A stretch of DNA of 64,000 bases from Camelus ferus. Its lineage: Eukaryota. The stretch spans positions 44,640,001-44,704,000 of the forward strand of contig NC_045704.1 of assembly GCF_009834535.1 (NCBI RefSeq). Reading direction: 5' to 3'. Under the pieces are notes generated by a model. It did no database searches, was not told where the DNA came from, and worked only from the letters and a program-made list of their open reading frames with translations. Shown here piece by piece: positions 1 through 11,616 of the stretch (within the stretch, counting starts at the first letter, position 1; every line of letters begins with the position of its first letter). A program made the position numbers and the translations under genes.

Positions 1-206
1 GTCTGTGGGAACAGCAAGGTGTGCCTCATGTTTGGAGCTGGGGCAGCCCCCTAACTCATGGACCCTTCTTGCTCTTGTCACCACACTGCCGTGCCCCTAG
101 GTGGATGTGGACATTTGTGTGCTGTCCCACAGAACCCTTGGCATGGCCTGCCCACCTGCCCCATTGGTGGGTGTGGATGTCAGTGTAGGCTGCACCTTCC
201 TTACAG

Positions 207-281
207 GACCTTTGGCGGATCCGGAGCCCCTGTGGTAACTGTGAAGGCTTCGATGTGCACATCATGGATGACATGATTAAG
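207..281 (+). CDS. PRMT7: PRMT7 coding exon, fourth from last ([25 protein letters not shown]), 75 bp
   Basis: Acceptor ttacag at 201-206, donor gtaggc at 282. The translation matches the PRMT7 C-terminal domain as recalled. Phase 0 to 0. Confidence 0.93.
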
Positions 282-1109
282 GTAGGCAGGGCCACAGCTC
301 CCACCTGCAGTGTCACACTCCCTACTCCCCCTCCACTCCACATAGCCACAGGCTTCTGACAGGGATGTCTGGCTTCCATGGAGGGACTTAGGCTGGACAG
401 TGCAGTCAGCATGCATAGAGCTCCTCTGCTGGGGACAGTGAGGGCAGGTATATCCATTCTACTTGGTTCACCATGAGCACGAGCCTGAGAGCCATTGTGT
501 CTCAAAGTCTGGTATTAGGCAATTCTCGTCCTGAGCTATAATCCCTGATTCAGAATTTTGGGCTAGGGCCCCTCGTCACCGGGCCACCGGAACTGCTCCT
601 GCCAATGTCAGCAGCTTGTTCCCGGTTGAGACAGTCTTTAGAAGGTGGGGCAGGAATGTGGGAGGAGGGTCCTGCAGGGTTATTTGTACATAGTAGGGGA
701 TCAAGTCAATCACGAGGGACTGCATCTCTGGGAACCCAGGGCAGTGATGAAGGTGCTAATGAAACTCAGCTCTGTGAGGATCAGCGTGAAGAGTCATGAT
801 GCAGCCCTGTGAGAAGGGCAGGGCAGGGAACACCATCCCATTTTTATATATTAATAGAATTTGCAAAAAAAAAATTCACACAGACAGAGGAAAAGGGGTG
901 GAATACGGGACACCAAAATGGTAGCTGTGTGATTAGGAAGTGGTTAATGTTTTTCTCTTTTTGCTTATCTTTCTGCTTACGTTTTTCTGTGGCAATTGTG
1001 GATTGTTTGTATAAACGTTTTTTAAGTAAATAAATCCGTTCACTTGAAAAAAGGGACATTTTCATTTTGCATCTTACCTGCTCCTCCACAGCAGACCACT
1101 GACTGTTCC

Positions 1110-2040
1110 ATGCTTTTAGAAATCTCCTTTGTGCCTAGTCACTGCACACTCCAGCTCCCTCTGGCCACTCCTCAGGCTCCTTACTGGGCTCCTCCACCCC
1201 TTCCCATCCCTTAAGGTGTCGTGTTCTAGGTCTTCCTGAGGCCCCTGCCCTGACTCTGCTCTCCCTGACTGTCCCTGTCCCCCATCTTTCCTGGCCAATG
1301 TCTTCATCTCTCCTGAGCTCAGATAAAATAGCTAAGAGTGGTGGCCCCTCTACTGAGATGTCTTCATGCACTCTGACCTGATGCTCCAAAGTCCCACCTG
1401 TTCTTCCCCCATCCCCAGCCTGGCCCCTTCCAGTGGTCCTGTCCTAGACCTGCCTCCACTTCATACCCGACTGCTGGGCTCAGGACCCCTGTGTCTTCCC
1501 AGACAAGTCCTCGCCTTCACGTGCAGTTGGTTATCAGGTTCCATAACCATCAGGTCCTCACTGAGCCAGTTTCTTCCCCTGTTGCTGCTGATCTGGTCTG
1601 GGCTACTTTCGTTTCTTGCCTATGACCACGTATCCTCTCTCTCCTGGTCAGCATTCCTCTACACAGAGCCCAAGTGAATCTGTAGATCCAAAGTCTAACC
1701 CTATGGGAAAACGCTGTAGGACTCCCTGACTCCCTGCCTCTACTCTTACAGTCCCCTGCTGCTTGGCCTGTCCTGGTTTGCTCTCCATCCTCTCCCTGCT
1801 GGGCCTCTGTCCACTCTCCTCCTTCCTACCAACTCCTGTGTGACCTTCAGGAGGCAGCCCAGCGATGACCCCTCCAGCAGCTTTCTTGCGCAGCCCCATT
1901 TTCAGCCGGAGGTCATTGTCCCCCAGGCACCACAATCACTTATCTCCCAGTTGTCTCCATCTAGACTGAAAGCCTTATGTGCACAGGCAGTTGTAGTGCT
2001 CAGTAAGGGTCACTGAGTAGGTGAGTGTCCAAATGGCAGG
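1110..2040. mobile_element. Degenerate L2 fragments in a PRMT7 intron
   Basis: L2-like tagactgaaagcctt...gtgctcagtaa and cctgagctcagat...aatgtcttc segments. Boundaries are approximate. Confidence 0.45.
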
Positions 2041-2336
2041 TGTTTTCACAAATACAGACATTTAGCCCTCAAGGTAGTTTGTGAGATGGGCAGTGTCATC
2101 CAGTTTTAAAAGGGAGAAAATAAAGCTTAGAGCAACTTGCCATGGAGACGGCTCGTGAGTTGTGGCAGGGAACAGAGAAGCCAGTTGGTCTGATCCAGGC
2201 ACCCGTGGACCTTTTGTGAGGACTCCCTACCCCATGTGACTGTGGCAGTTACATGGGGCAGACATGAGCCCCTTGTCCCATGGCTGCCAAGTTCTACCTC
2301 TGCAGACCCCTGCCTTCCCTTTTCTTCTCTTCTCAG

Positions 2337-2497
2337 TGTGCCCTGGACTTCAGGGAGAGCAAGGAGGCCGAGCCCCATCCGCTGTGGGAGTACCCATGCC
2401 GCAGCCTCTCCGAGCCCCAGCAGATCCTGACCTTTGATTTTCTGCAGCCTGTTCCCCCACAGCCTATCCGTGCTGAGGGCACCATTGAGCTGAGGAG
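2337..2497 (+). CDS. PRMT7: PRMT7 coding exon ([53 protein letters not shown]), 161 bp
   Basis: Long pyrimidine tract plus cag acceptor ending at 2336, donor gtgagt at 2498. Contains the EPHPLWEYP motif of PRMT7. Confidence 0.95.
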
Positions 2498-3419
2498 GTG
2501 AGTGTAGGCTCCAGGGTGGGGGCGGTGGGGGAAGGGAGTGGCAGGGGTTGCTCTCTGTCTGGTAGTTACTACCCGAGTGCTTTGGCTGCTTTCATGCGAC
2601 GGGATGGCTCTCCTTGTCTCTGCCTTGCCCTTTCTGATCTGAAGTGGCCCTGAGTGTACAGGGGTCTCCACAGCTTCTGGGTGGGGAGGGAGAGCCAGAA
2701 TGAGCTTGCTCATCCTCCCACATCTGAGGCTCCCTGTGAGCTAAGTGGCATGTTACACACAGCTGCAGAGAAATGTGAATCTGGTTGCTATGGTTACCCA
2801 TTGGACCGTATTCCTGAACTCTCCTGGGAATTGAAGCAGATTAGGAATTGGCAGGGGCTGCCATTGTGATGCATAGTCAGGACCCTCTAGCTCCAGCTTC
2901 AGCTCCCTTCAGGGGAGGAGCTGCTTCTTGCTGGAGAAATAACCCATTTCTGACTGGGTGGTGACCATGAGCCCAGAGCCCCTTGGGGCTCCTTTAACAA
3001 GGGGAAGGCAGGGCAGATATCCATCTGGGCCTGCCATTCAGGGTATCTGGGAGAAGTCTTCTAGCCTTTGATGCCCAGGCTGCGCTTTGAGCCTTCTGGA
3101 CCAAACCTTTCCATGACCTCAGGCCGAGGAAGCTGGTCCTGCAGCCTGCTGGCCCTGCCCCATGGTTACTCTTGAGTGCTTGGCCAGGCTCTGAGGAGCC
3201 ATTGGGGGCTTTGGGTTGTGGCTTTTCTTGCTCAGCATTTTACTGCATGGCCTTTAGTCAGGTGGTGTGTTAGGAGCCTCCTGACTCGGGGCGGGGTGGG
3301 GGATGGAAGTGGGAGAGACCAGAGGTTTCTGGAAAGCAGAGGGGAGCCATGGCCACGCCCATCCACCTCTCGTGTGGCTGTTTCTTTTTGGCTCAATGTT
3401 CTCCCTCCCCCGCCCCCAG

Positions 3420-3516
3420 GTCTGGGAGGAGCCATGGGGCTGTCCTGTGGATGGAATACCACCTGACCCCGGACAGCACGGTCAGCACTGGCCTCCTGAA
3501 GCCTGCAGAGAACAAG
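3420..3516 (+). CDS. PRMT7: PRMT7 penultimate coding exon ([32 protein letters not shown]), 97 bp
   Basis: Acceptor cccag ending at 3419, donor gtagtg at 3517. Phase 2 in and 0 out, which fits the flanking exons. Confidence 0.95.
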
Positions 3517-3750
3517 GTAGTGCTGTGTGCTGGAGTCCCAGCGTGGGCCAATCTGAGAGGAGGTGCTGCCGTCACACCTGCCTGAGCTCTGGGTGTTCCT
3601 GGCGCATGTGGCCGGATAACTCTTCCGTGGCCCTAGGTCACCCGGCCGTGAGCAGCAGCTTCTCACTGAGAGCTGCCTGGGCTGGAGGCTGGCCAGGAAG
3701 GGGCTTGGGTGCCAGGAGCCCTCACCACCTTCTTACTGCTTCTCCTGCAG

Positions 3751-3924
3751 GGGGACTGTTGCTGGAACCCCCACTGCAAGCAGGCCGTGTACTTCTTCAA
3801 CACCACACAGGACTCCAGAGCACCGCCGGACAGCCCACGGACTGTCAGCTACACTGTGGCATTCCACCCTGACACTGGAGATGTCACCATGGATTTTACG
3901 CTCTCAGATGCCCTCACTTGTTGA
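3751..3924 (+). CDS. PRMT7: PRMT7 last coding exon ([16 protein letters not shown]...DALTC*)
   Basis: Acceptor ctgcag ending at 3750, [10 protein letters not shown] motif, TGA stop at 3922-3924. Confidence 0.95.
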   Translation, partial: GDCCWNPHCKQAVYFFNTTQDSRAPPDSPRTVSYTVAFHPDTGDVTMDFTLSDALTC

Positions 3925-3926
3925 GA

Positions 3927-3932
3927 AATAAA
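3927..3932 (+). terminator. PRMT7 polyadenylation signal AATAAA
   Basis: Canonical hexamer 2 nt after the stop codon, with GT-rich sequence (tggtgtggctttct) downstream near 3958-3971. Confidence 0.75.
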
Positions 3933-5004
3933 GTGGCCAAGGGCTCCGGGCTCTGAATGGTGTGGCTTTCTGAGAAGGAAGATGAAGGCACCTCTCCTTT
4001 CAGGGCCCAGCTTGGCCTCTGGGCTTGGAGGAAGTCTCTTCCCTTTTTGTGTTTCTGCACCGCCAGCTCCTTGCTCCAGATATGGCAGGAAGCAAGGGTT
4101 GCTTTGGAGCTGAGGAGGGGCCAAAGAGCCCACCCTGTAGTTGTTTTGAAATGCTCAGAAAGCTCTAAACTGTGAAAGCTCCTCCTGTCCTTCCTGGAAG
4201 GGAACAGAATCTGAGTTGGCTGGGCTGGTCAGGTTGGGGTGCTCTCAGCTGTGCAGTTCCAGGAGGGCGTGCTGCTCTTTTGGGAGCTAGCCTAGCCTGG
4301 CCTGCACTCTGGGAACCTCTGGGTCCCACCTGCCTGCTCCAGCTAGGGGGACCCTCTAGGGGCAGAGATGCTGAGTTGTGGCTGGGTCCCAGGCCTTGAA
4401 GACCCTGGCAGGACCAGGCCAAGGACCAGGTTCAGACCCTTTCACTTGCTAGGTAACAGCAAGCCACATTTGTATAGGTCTGGCCTCTGTGCAGCACCAG
4501 CAGGTGACTCAGATGGACACCTGGACACCAAGCTGCTGTTCAGAGGACAGGGTGGAGACTGTCCCAAAGCGGTTCCTGAGATGCAGACCCAGACACCAGC
4601 CATCAGGATAAGGGAGCCAAGAGGTACAGCCCTTTCCTGTGTGCCCCCTTTTCTAGCAGAGGAACTTCATCCCCTGGAAGTCTGGGTACAAGTGTGGTCA
4701 TGCCAGCCCCGCCTTGCCTTGTCAGGAAGGCCAGAGTCCCAGTGAGGCCCCAGCCTTGCTTCTCCCCACACTCAAGGTACCCTTCTGCTATTGGCTCCCA
4801 GTTCCAGAGGGAATGAGTAAGAGAACCCAAGTGGCCTGGTTTTCTGGTGGTTCAGGGCAGACCCAGGCTGTGCCCATCCTGTCGGGGAGAGGCAGGAAAG
4901 GCAGACCCCACACAGCGGTCTCCCCACAGCCCCACCTGGCCACCCAGCCTCTTGGAGTCAGAGCAGAGCCCAGCCCCAGCTTCTCACTCAAATAAGTAGA
5001 GAAC

Positions 5005-7968
5005 ACCAGCCTTGAGCCTCACAGTTTTATTTTCTCATTATCCATCCTTCCTTTCAGCACCAGTAAAGGAAAAAAAAAAACACCTTTCCTTTCAAAATAT
5101 GTGTTAAGATTGTTTTTCTTCTAGGGAAGAATTGTCTGGATATATATTTGATAATGTTTTTACCAAAATCTTAGGTGTGCTTACCATATAAAACCCCTAA
5201 TGTCCCATGAGGATACCATACAGAAAAAAAATACAGAAATTAAAAAAGTGTTTTTTTTTTCCTTTTTTAAAACAGTATTTCTAAATCTTAGCAAGTTAAT
5301 ACAATAGTTAAAAAGCATCAAGATTAATATCCATACTTAAAACTCAAGGTGGTTTGGACAAATGAAATGACTGTTTTCTTCCAAAGCTGACCCTTGCCTC
5401 CTGGCTTCTCTGGAGGCTGGGCCTGGGGCAGGTGTGGGGCCTTGGTTGGGGATTTAGGTGACCCCGTATCTGTCCCTCCCAGGCCTCAATGCCGCAGAGT
5501 CTGAGATCCTGGCAATGTGTCTTTTCTTTCTTTTTTTAAAAACTGAAATGGAAAAATCTGGCTTGTGCGTGACCCTGGGAGTCCACAGGCTTGATGGAAC
5601 ATGTGGCTGGGCAATGGTAGCCTCGGTGCTGAGACCGTGCCGGAGGGAGTGTCAGGGGAGCAGGGTTGGGGGGAGCGCAGGCCAACTCTGCTCTGGACAC
5701 CAGGCAGGCTGGGCAGAGGCAACCTTGTTAGGACAGGAAATGACTGAGGCACAGGGAGGTATGACTTGCCTAAGGCCACCCCATGAGTAGGGAGAGAAGC
5801 TTGTGCCCCTGTGCTTTGGCTCCCACCCAGCTGCCCTGGGAGGCAGGCGGCCCCTCTGAGGGATAGAAGCTGTGCTGGGGTTGCTCTGCTTCAGGAGCCC
5901 TGGCTCTGCCTCCACTGCTCTCCTGAGTACACAGCTGACCTGCAGCCTGGGGCCTCAGCTTAGGCCCAGACATAGGCATGGTGCCTGCTCAGTTGAGCCC
6001 TACCTGTGAGCAGATTGCTAGCTGCTCTGGGGAGTGGGGGGACCTCTGACCCAGTGAAGCCTAGCCAAGGCCCCAAAGCCATGGCCTTGGAGGAGGGGTG
6101 CAGCCAGAGAGGCCAGGGAGGCCTGCACCCTAAGCGATGAGCAGCCCCTCCTGACTCAAGTTGGGGTGAGGCTGGGTGCCTAGCCAGGAAAATGTGCCAA
6201 GCAGTGAAGCCCTCAGCCTAGCTGCTACTCTGGCCAGGGGGTTCAGACAAACCAGTGCTGTCACAGGTGTGTCTCAGGAGTGTCCTGCCCCAGCACAGGG
6301 CCTGGCCTCTGGCTGGCTGTTTGGCCCCCTCTTGGTCCTTCTTGCAGCTCAGTAGGTGACAAGGCACAGCATCAGGGCACCGGCACCAGGAGGCTCCTGG
6401 CAGCAGGGTCCTGATGCACCCCCAGCCTCAGGAAAAATTGGCTTTGAGCCAGGCGGGCACATTGGTCAAGGTGCTGTGAGGAGGGGAGACCAGTCAGGGT
6501 TGCAAAGAACAGCCCCTGGAATTGGTGGGGCCTTGTACCTGAAAACAGACAAAACCCTCACTGCTTGACTTTGGGGGGCATCCCCAGGTGTGTTAAAAAG
6601 GCAGGTGGGCAGAGGCAGTGCTGCCGTGGGATGGGGAGCTATGGGCTTCACCTGCAGGGTCTGCCACACCATCATGCCTAGGTGCCCGGGGCTGGCCCTG
6701 GTCACATGGTGGTAGAGTGGACATCTATGTGCCTGTATGCCAACCAGTACCATTCCCTGTCCAGGGCAAGCAGGGGCCGTTGGCCTTGCCACCCCTGGCC
6801 TGCACACTGGTGCGGGGACAGGCTGCCCTGCACCTTGGCTTCCAGCCCCTTCATCCAGGGCCCCCAGGGTTGCTGTTGAGGATGGGCCTGGGAGGGCCCT
6901 CTGGGGAGAGCCACAGCCCCACCCAGAGGCAGGTGGAAGGTTCCTGAGCTCAGCCAAGCACGTGGATGGGGACAGTCCCAGGGAGGGATTGGTCCTGAAC
7001 CAGAGAGGTGTCTGTAGGGGAGGCAGATCAGGTAGAAAGAAGAGGATGTGTTGGTTTTGACAGAAGAGAAGCTACAAATACATCACTTTCAAAATTAGAA
7101 GCCCCCCACCCCCCTTAGTTCCCCTTCTTCCTGTAAAAAAGTGACGTTCTCTCCCTAGATTCCTGTCTATGGCTCCATTGCCCACACTGGAGTCTTGGAG
7201 GGAGGCTCCTGGCTCTGCTGTGTTGGGGAAAGGGAGCCTGCCAAGAGCAGTGTTCTCCCTCGTGGCTTGCAGACCCTCTCAAGTGAAGGGTTATTTTTGT
7301 TCTTAACTTTTTCGTTTTTCTTTTTAAAATGTAATCGCCCTTGAATGCAAGACCCTGGGGAAGAGCCTGGGCTCGCTGGTAACTGGACACAGCCCTCATG
7401 GTCCCTGCTTGTGAGCTGTCCCAGCTGGAGGCAGCAAGCCGGTGGCCCTGTGTCCAGGAATGAATGCTTCTTTGGCTGGTTCTGATTGTGTTTGGAGTTT
7501 GGCCTTGGGTGAGGCCTGAGCAAGGGGTCTGTGGCTGTGGCGTGGCATGTGGCATGCGGGCAGCGTGCATGCGAGGGTGCAGGCATGCGAGACAACATGG
7601 CAGCAGACAGAAGTAATGAACCCTGGACGAAGCTTGAGAAGAGATACAAAGAGTACAGAAACCCGGTTCTCATACTAACCCATGGGTTACAAACTAGGTT
7701 GTGCTGTAGATTTGTAGAAAATCACGTTTTGAAAGAATGGCACTGGTTGGGCAGCCTGGACTCCCTGGGCCGGCCTGACTCCTGTCCACGAGTGCCCAGA
7801 GGTGCCAGGCAGCGCTGGTTCCAGCTCACTCAGGACTGACCGTGGCTCTCCCGGGCCCCTGCCCGCCTCCCCCAGCACCAGCAGTGCTTGCTGGAGGGGA
7901 CACAGCCAGGGAGGGACTGCAGTTCACAGGGCTGGCGGAGACCCCGCTGCTGTGATGACGTGGCCAGT
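5005..7968 (-). other. SMPD3: SMPD3 3' UTR (~3 kb, inferred; distal end approximate)
   Basis: Runs from the stop codon to the candidate AATAAA. Confidence 0.7.
5026..5031 (-). terminator. Candidate SMPD3 polyadenylation signal AATAAA (- strand)
   Basis: Plus strand reads tttatt at the end of an AT-rich block (5020-5400), about 2.9 kb downstream of the SMPD3 stop. This fits the known long SMPD3 3' UTR. Confidence 0.7.
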
Positions 7969-8070
7969 CTATGCCTCCTCCTCCCCTGCAGACACCATCA
8001 GCCTCATGGCCACCGGGAGGTGGTCAGTCAGGCCCGACAGCTGGGTGATGAAACTGAATTCTTCTACCTC
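7969..8070 (-). CDS. SMPD3: SMPD3 last coding exon (EVEEFSFITQLSGLTDHLPVAMRLMVSAGEEEA*)
   Basis: Acceptor ctcacag adjacent to 8070, catalytic TDH motif, TAG at 7971-7969. Confidence 0.97.
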   Translation of the reverse strand, partial: EVEEFSFITQLSGLTDHLPVAMRLMVSAGEEEA

Positions 8071-8351
8071 CTGTGAGAGTGAGGAGGGGGCGAGGAAGAA
8101 ACATCCCAATTAGACCCAAAGGGCATCCTGTAAAGGAGGGGCCTGGCAGGGGTTGGGGCCCTAGGCTGGGGCTGGCCTAGACCTCCTGAAGGTAGAGGGG
8201 TGGGAGGACCTCTGGGTCCCAAAGGCCTCCTGGACTGGCAGGTCCCATTTCAGAGGAGAGCTCAGTGCTGCTGAGGGGTACAGGGCACAGGGTCCCTATC
8301 TGTGGGCAGGGCCTGGGTGCCCTGCCCAGCCCAGCCCAGCCCCAGACTCAC

Positions 8352-8514
8352 GGCCTTCCAGTCTGGGCACAGCCCCTCCTCCGCGTGCAGCATGTAGTCA
8401 ATGCGCCTGCCGTTGCCTTTCAGCAGGTCCTTGCGTCCCTTCTGGCCTCCTCCAGGGCTCTTGCTGGTGGGGAAGGCAAGATACTCCCGGCGACCTTCCT
8501 CGCTCTCCAAGACC
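8352..8514 (-). CDS. SMPD3: SMPD3 exon 8 (VLESEEGRREYLAFPTSKSPGGGQKGRKDLLKGNGRRIDYMLHAEEGLCPDWKA), 163 bp
   Basis: Acceptor gagcag, donor gtgagt, RIDY motif. Phase 2 in and 0 out. Confidence 0.97.
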
Positions 8515-10380
8515 CTGCTCACACAGACAGAAGGCACAAGAAGGGAAGGTGAGCCCCACCCCCAGCCCTGACACCAGGTCCTGAGTGTGGAACCAGGATC
8601 TCGCCCCCAAGAAAGACCAAACCCCTGTGTTTGAGATCTATCTTCCCCATGAGCCCAAAAAGGAATTGGGATGGAGGGAGACGGAGTCTGAGCCTGCGAG
8701 TTCCAGACGGAATTGAGCCACTCCAGGACAGCCCCATGTCCACCTTGGAAAGCCAGCACTCGCCTTCCCTTTCTGAACTAGGATGTTGGCACCACCCAGA
8801 ACCTGTGACCAAGTTGGGGACAGAATTTTCATCTCGTCTCCAGGATGGGGTTCTGCTCTGAGCTAATAGGGGCCTGTTTTGGGGAACTTGGTCTTTACAG
8901 TGAACCTCAGGGACCTTTCTCTTCTGGAAGTCCCCAAACGGCCCCCTACCCCCTTACTCATGACTCCTGTTTTAAGTAGCAGTGGGGCAGGGTAGCCAGG
9001 AGAGTACCCAGGCCCCATCCCAGGGCTGGACTCCTATGTCATTCTGTCCCTGAGTGGCTGTGCCATCAAACCTGAGCCACCATTTTCTCTTCTAACACAA
9101 GAACAACTGCTGTGGCCCTAGGACACTTCAGGGACCAGGTGTGCCAAGAAAGGAACAAGGTGGGATGTGGCTGTCATTTCTCAGAGGAAGGTAACTGATA
9201 TTAGTGCTTAAATGCTGGTCAGGGTTCTTTCTATAGGGAGGGCAGGGCACTCAGGTGGAGCATTACACCCTGAATCTGGGTCTTCTGTCTCCTTGTCTGC
9301 CATCTGCTTCTTGTCAGGTTTCCTCCAGAGCCTGGACACCAGTGGGGAGGAGCCTTCAAGGGACCCCCCATCATGGAGGACTGGTTCAGGCCAGTGCCAA
9401 GGGTGAGAGGCATAGCCCCTGAGAGATACTGCACAGGCCCGCCCAGCCACCTAACGCCTGGACAAATGGACAGGGCACCTGGACAGGCATGGCCAGCAAA
9501 TGTGGATTTCTACGAGGTCTTTATCAGCCTTGAGATAAATAACACTAATGACATGCAGAACATGGTTACATAGCAGAAATGTAATCCATTACTGTCCTTT
9601 GCCTTTGATAATTAATTACAGCATCAGTGATCTAAGAGTTACTGATAGTCATTTTTAAATCATCATCTCATAAAAAGATAATTTTCTTGGCATAGGATGA
9701 TGTTTCAAATTTAGTCTGTAATCTAATTAATTGGCTCAAATTAGCTACAAGGAGCCATTGCCGTGACTGTGTGCAGTTTCGGGCTGTGAATTATAAATTG
9801 GCTCTGCTGCTGGCCTCTCAAATGTGTCCTTTATGGAAGTCTTGTTGGGTTCAAGAATGCAGTTTGACTGGAATAGAACTGTCTCTATTTTGAAAATGAC
9901 TAGCTTGTGTTAGCTCTGTTCCTGTTTTCATTTGCCTAGTTGGTAACTACCGCAGACGGCATCCCGAGGGCTCTTCAACAGGGGTCTGCGCAGTGCTTGG
10001 TCTCACCCTGGGAGATTCTGGTCCTTTTTTCTGTGCCCAAGGCAGGCTGGGTCTTGGGACAGGACAAGCTCTTGTAGAGTGGGCCAGGCCTCTGGGTGCT
10101 GGTATAGGAAATGCCACCTCGAGACCCCAGGCCTACTCAGAGGTTTCTCCTTGGTAAGGATACCTCTGGGGTGTGAGGTCCACCACGGCCTTCGCCTGCC
10201 CCTCAGCTTGCATCCCTGAGGCTCTCACAGTCGTCCTTTCACGGAGCTGTGTGCTCTCATCTGACCACAGAGCCCATCTCTCCACACTTGAGTCCGGGCT
10301 CAGTGCTCCTCCCAGACCTAGGAGATGCCTGGATCTGCCTACCCAACCTGACCACAGCAGCATGAGTGCTAGACACTTAC

Positions 10381-10444
10381 TTTTGCAGATTGTCAGGGGT
10401 GCAAACTTCCTCATCATAGAGACCGTCCTTGTCCAACAGGGTAC
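10381..10444 (-). CDS. SMPD3: SMPD3 exon 7 (GTLLDKDGLYDEEVCTPDNLQK), 64 bp
   Basis: Acceptor tccccag, donor gtaagt. Phase 1 in and 2 out. Confidence 0.96.
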
Positions 10445-10733
10445 CTGGGGATAAGGGGATGAGAGTGGTCACTGCGGGCAGGGCCCAGCCAGCCTTGAGG
10501 AGGACCGCCTCTCTAGGGCAGGAGGGGTAGGCGAGAGTTTCTGCTGACCTGGTGGCTAAGTGCCCCCCAACCACCGCCCCCAGCAGTAGGGATTTAGGGA
10601 CAGATCCTAGAGGTCTGTCCGGTCTCTCTGGGAAGACTGTGCGGAGTCAGGCCTCAGCACAGTGGGCTCAGGCCTCAGCAGTCCCTTTGCCTTCCTGCCC
10701 CAGCCCCTGGCCCCAGCCCCAGCTCCAGCTCAC

Positions 10734-10823
10734 CAATTGCCCACAGCTTCTCCTCCCCAGGCCCCAGGCGGCAGGGGTCCTTGTAGCGTGTAAACAGGGA
10801 GTGCTGCTGCTCCAGCTTGTCGT
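10734..10823 (-). CDS. SMPD3: SMPD3 exon 6 (DDKLEQQHSLFTRYKDPCRLGPGEEKLWAI), 90 bp
   Basis: Acceptor tgcacag, donor gtgagc. Phase 1 to 1. This exon is absent from the ORF track and was translated by hand. Confidence 0.95.
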
Positions 10824-11616
10824 CTGTGCAGGGAGGAAGGGAGGGAAGGGATGCTGTGGGCCTCTGGGTATCTGGCCTGTCTTAGAGGGCCACCTGCCTC
10901 TGGTTCCGGTCATTTACTCTGAGCCACCAGGTCCCTATCACTCAGTAACTGCCTCTGGATAGGGTCTGTGGCTCATCTGTCACTGGTTTTCTGTATCTTT
11001 GAAAATCCCACCCTCCTGCCCCCCACCACACACATGCTAGTGTTCAGCTTTCCTTCTGTCTGAGGACAGTGGTCACTGTCCCACTTTGGCTTCAGGGGAC
11101 AGTGATCTTGAGGCCTTCCCAGATTCTGTGGCAAACCCTGGGGCCCTGGCTGATGCTGCCACAGCCAGGACTCCTGCCCTTCACTGTCCTGGGTGCCCGG
11201 GCTGAGTGAGGAATGACCCTACAGGACTCAGAGAGGAAGGTGACCTGTCCTAACAGGTCAGAATTAAAATTAGAATAGGCCTGGTACAAAGTAAGAGCTA
11301 AATGAAGTCTTGGTGAATATCATTAGCTGACTCGCCCTTAATCTGGGTTTCAGAGGCTCCCAGCCTTTCCTGCCAGAGGTTCATCTTTAGGGTCTTTGTC
11401 TCCAGCAAAGTGACCTCTGAGCTTTCTATGCAGAGCATGGGCTCTTCTCATTCGGGGGTTTCTCGGGGACAGAGAAAACATGGTCTTGCTAACCATCTCA
11501 TCCCCATGCTCCTGAGGAGTAGGAAGTTCTTCCAGCTGCCTAACAGTCTTTCCAGCTGTGATTGGAACCCATGCTTCCTACAGTGGCCAACCTGAATGAG
11601 GAGGAGCATGCCTCAC

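Noticed and set aside
1029-2124. AATAAA hexamers at 1029 and 2119 in a PRMT7 intron
   Set aside because: They sit in old repeat-derived AT-rich sequence with no other evidence of intronic polyadenylation.
8515-8520. NAGNAG (GAGCAG) acceptor at exon 8
   Set aside because: GAG is a poor acceptor, and the CAG gives the expected protein sequence.
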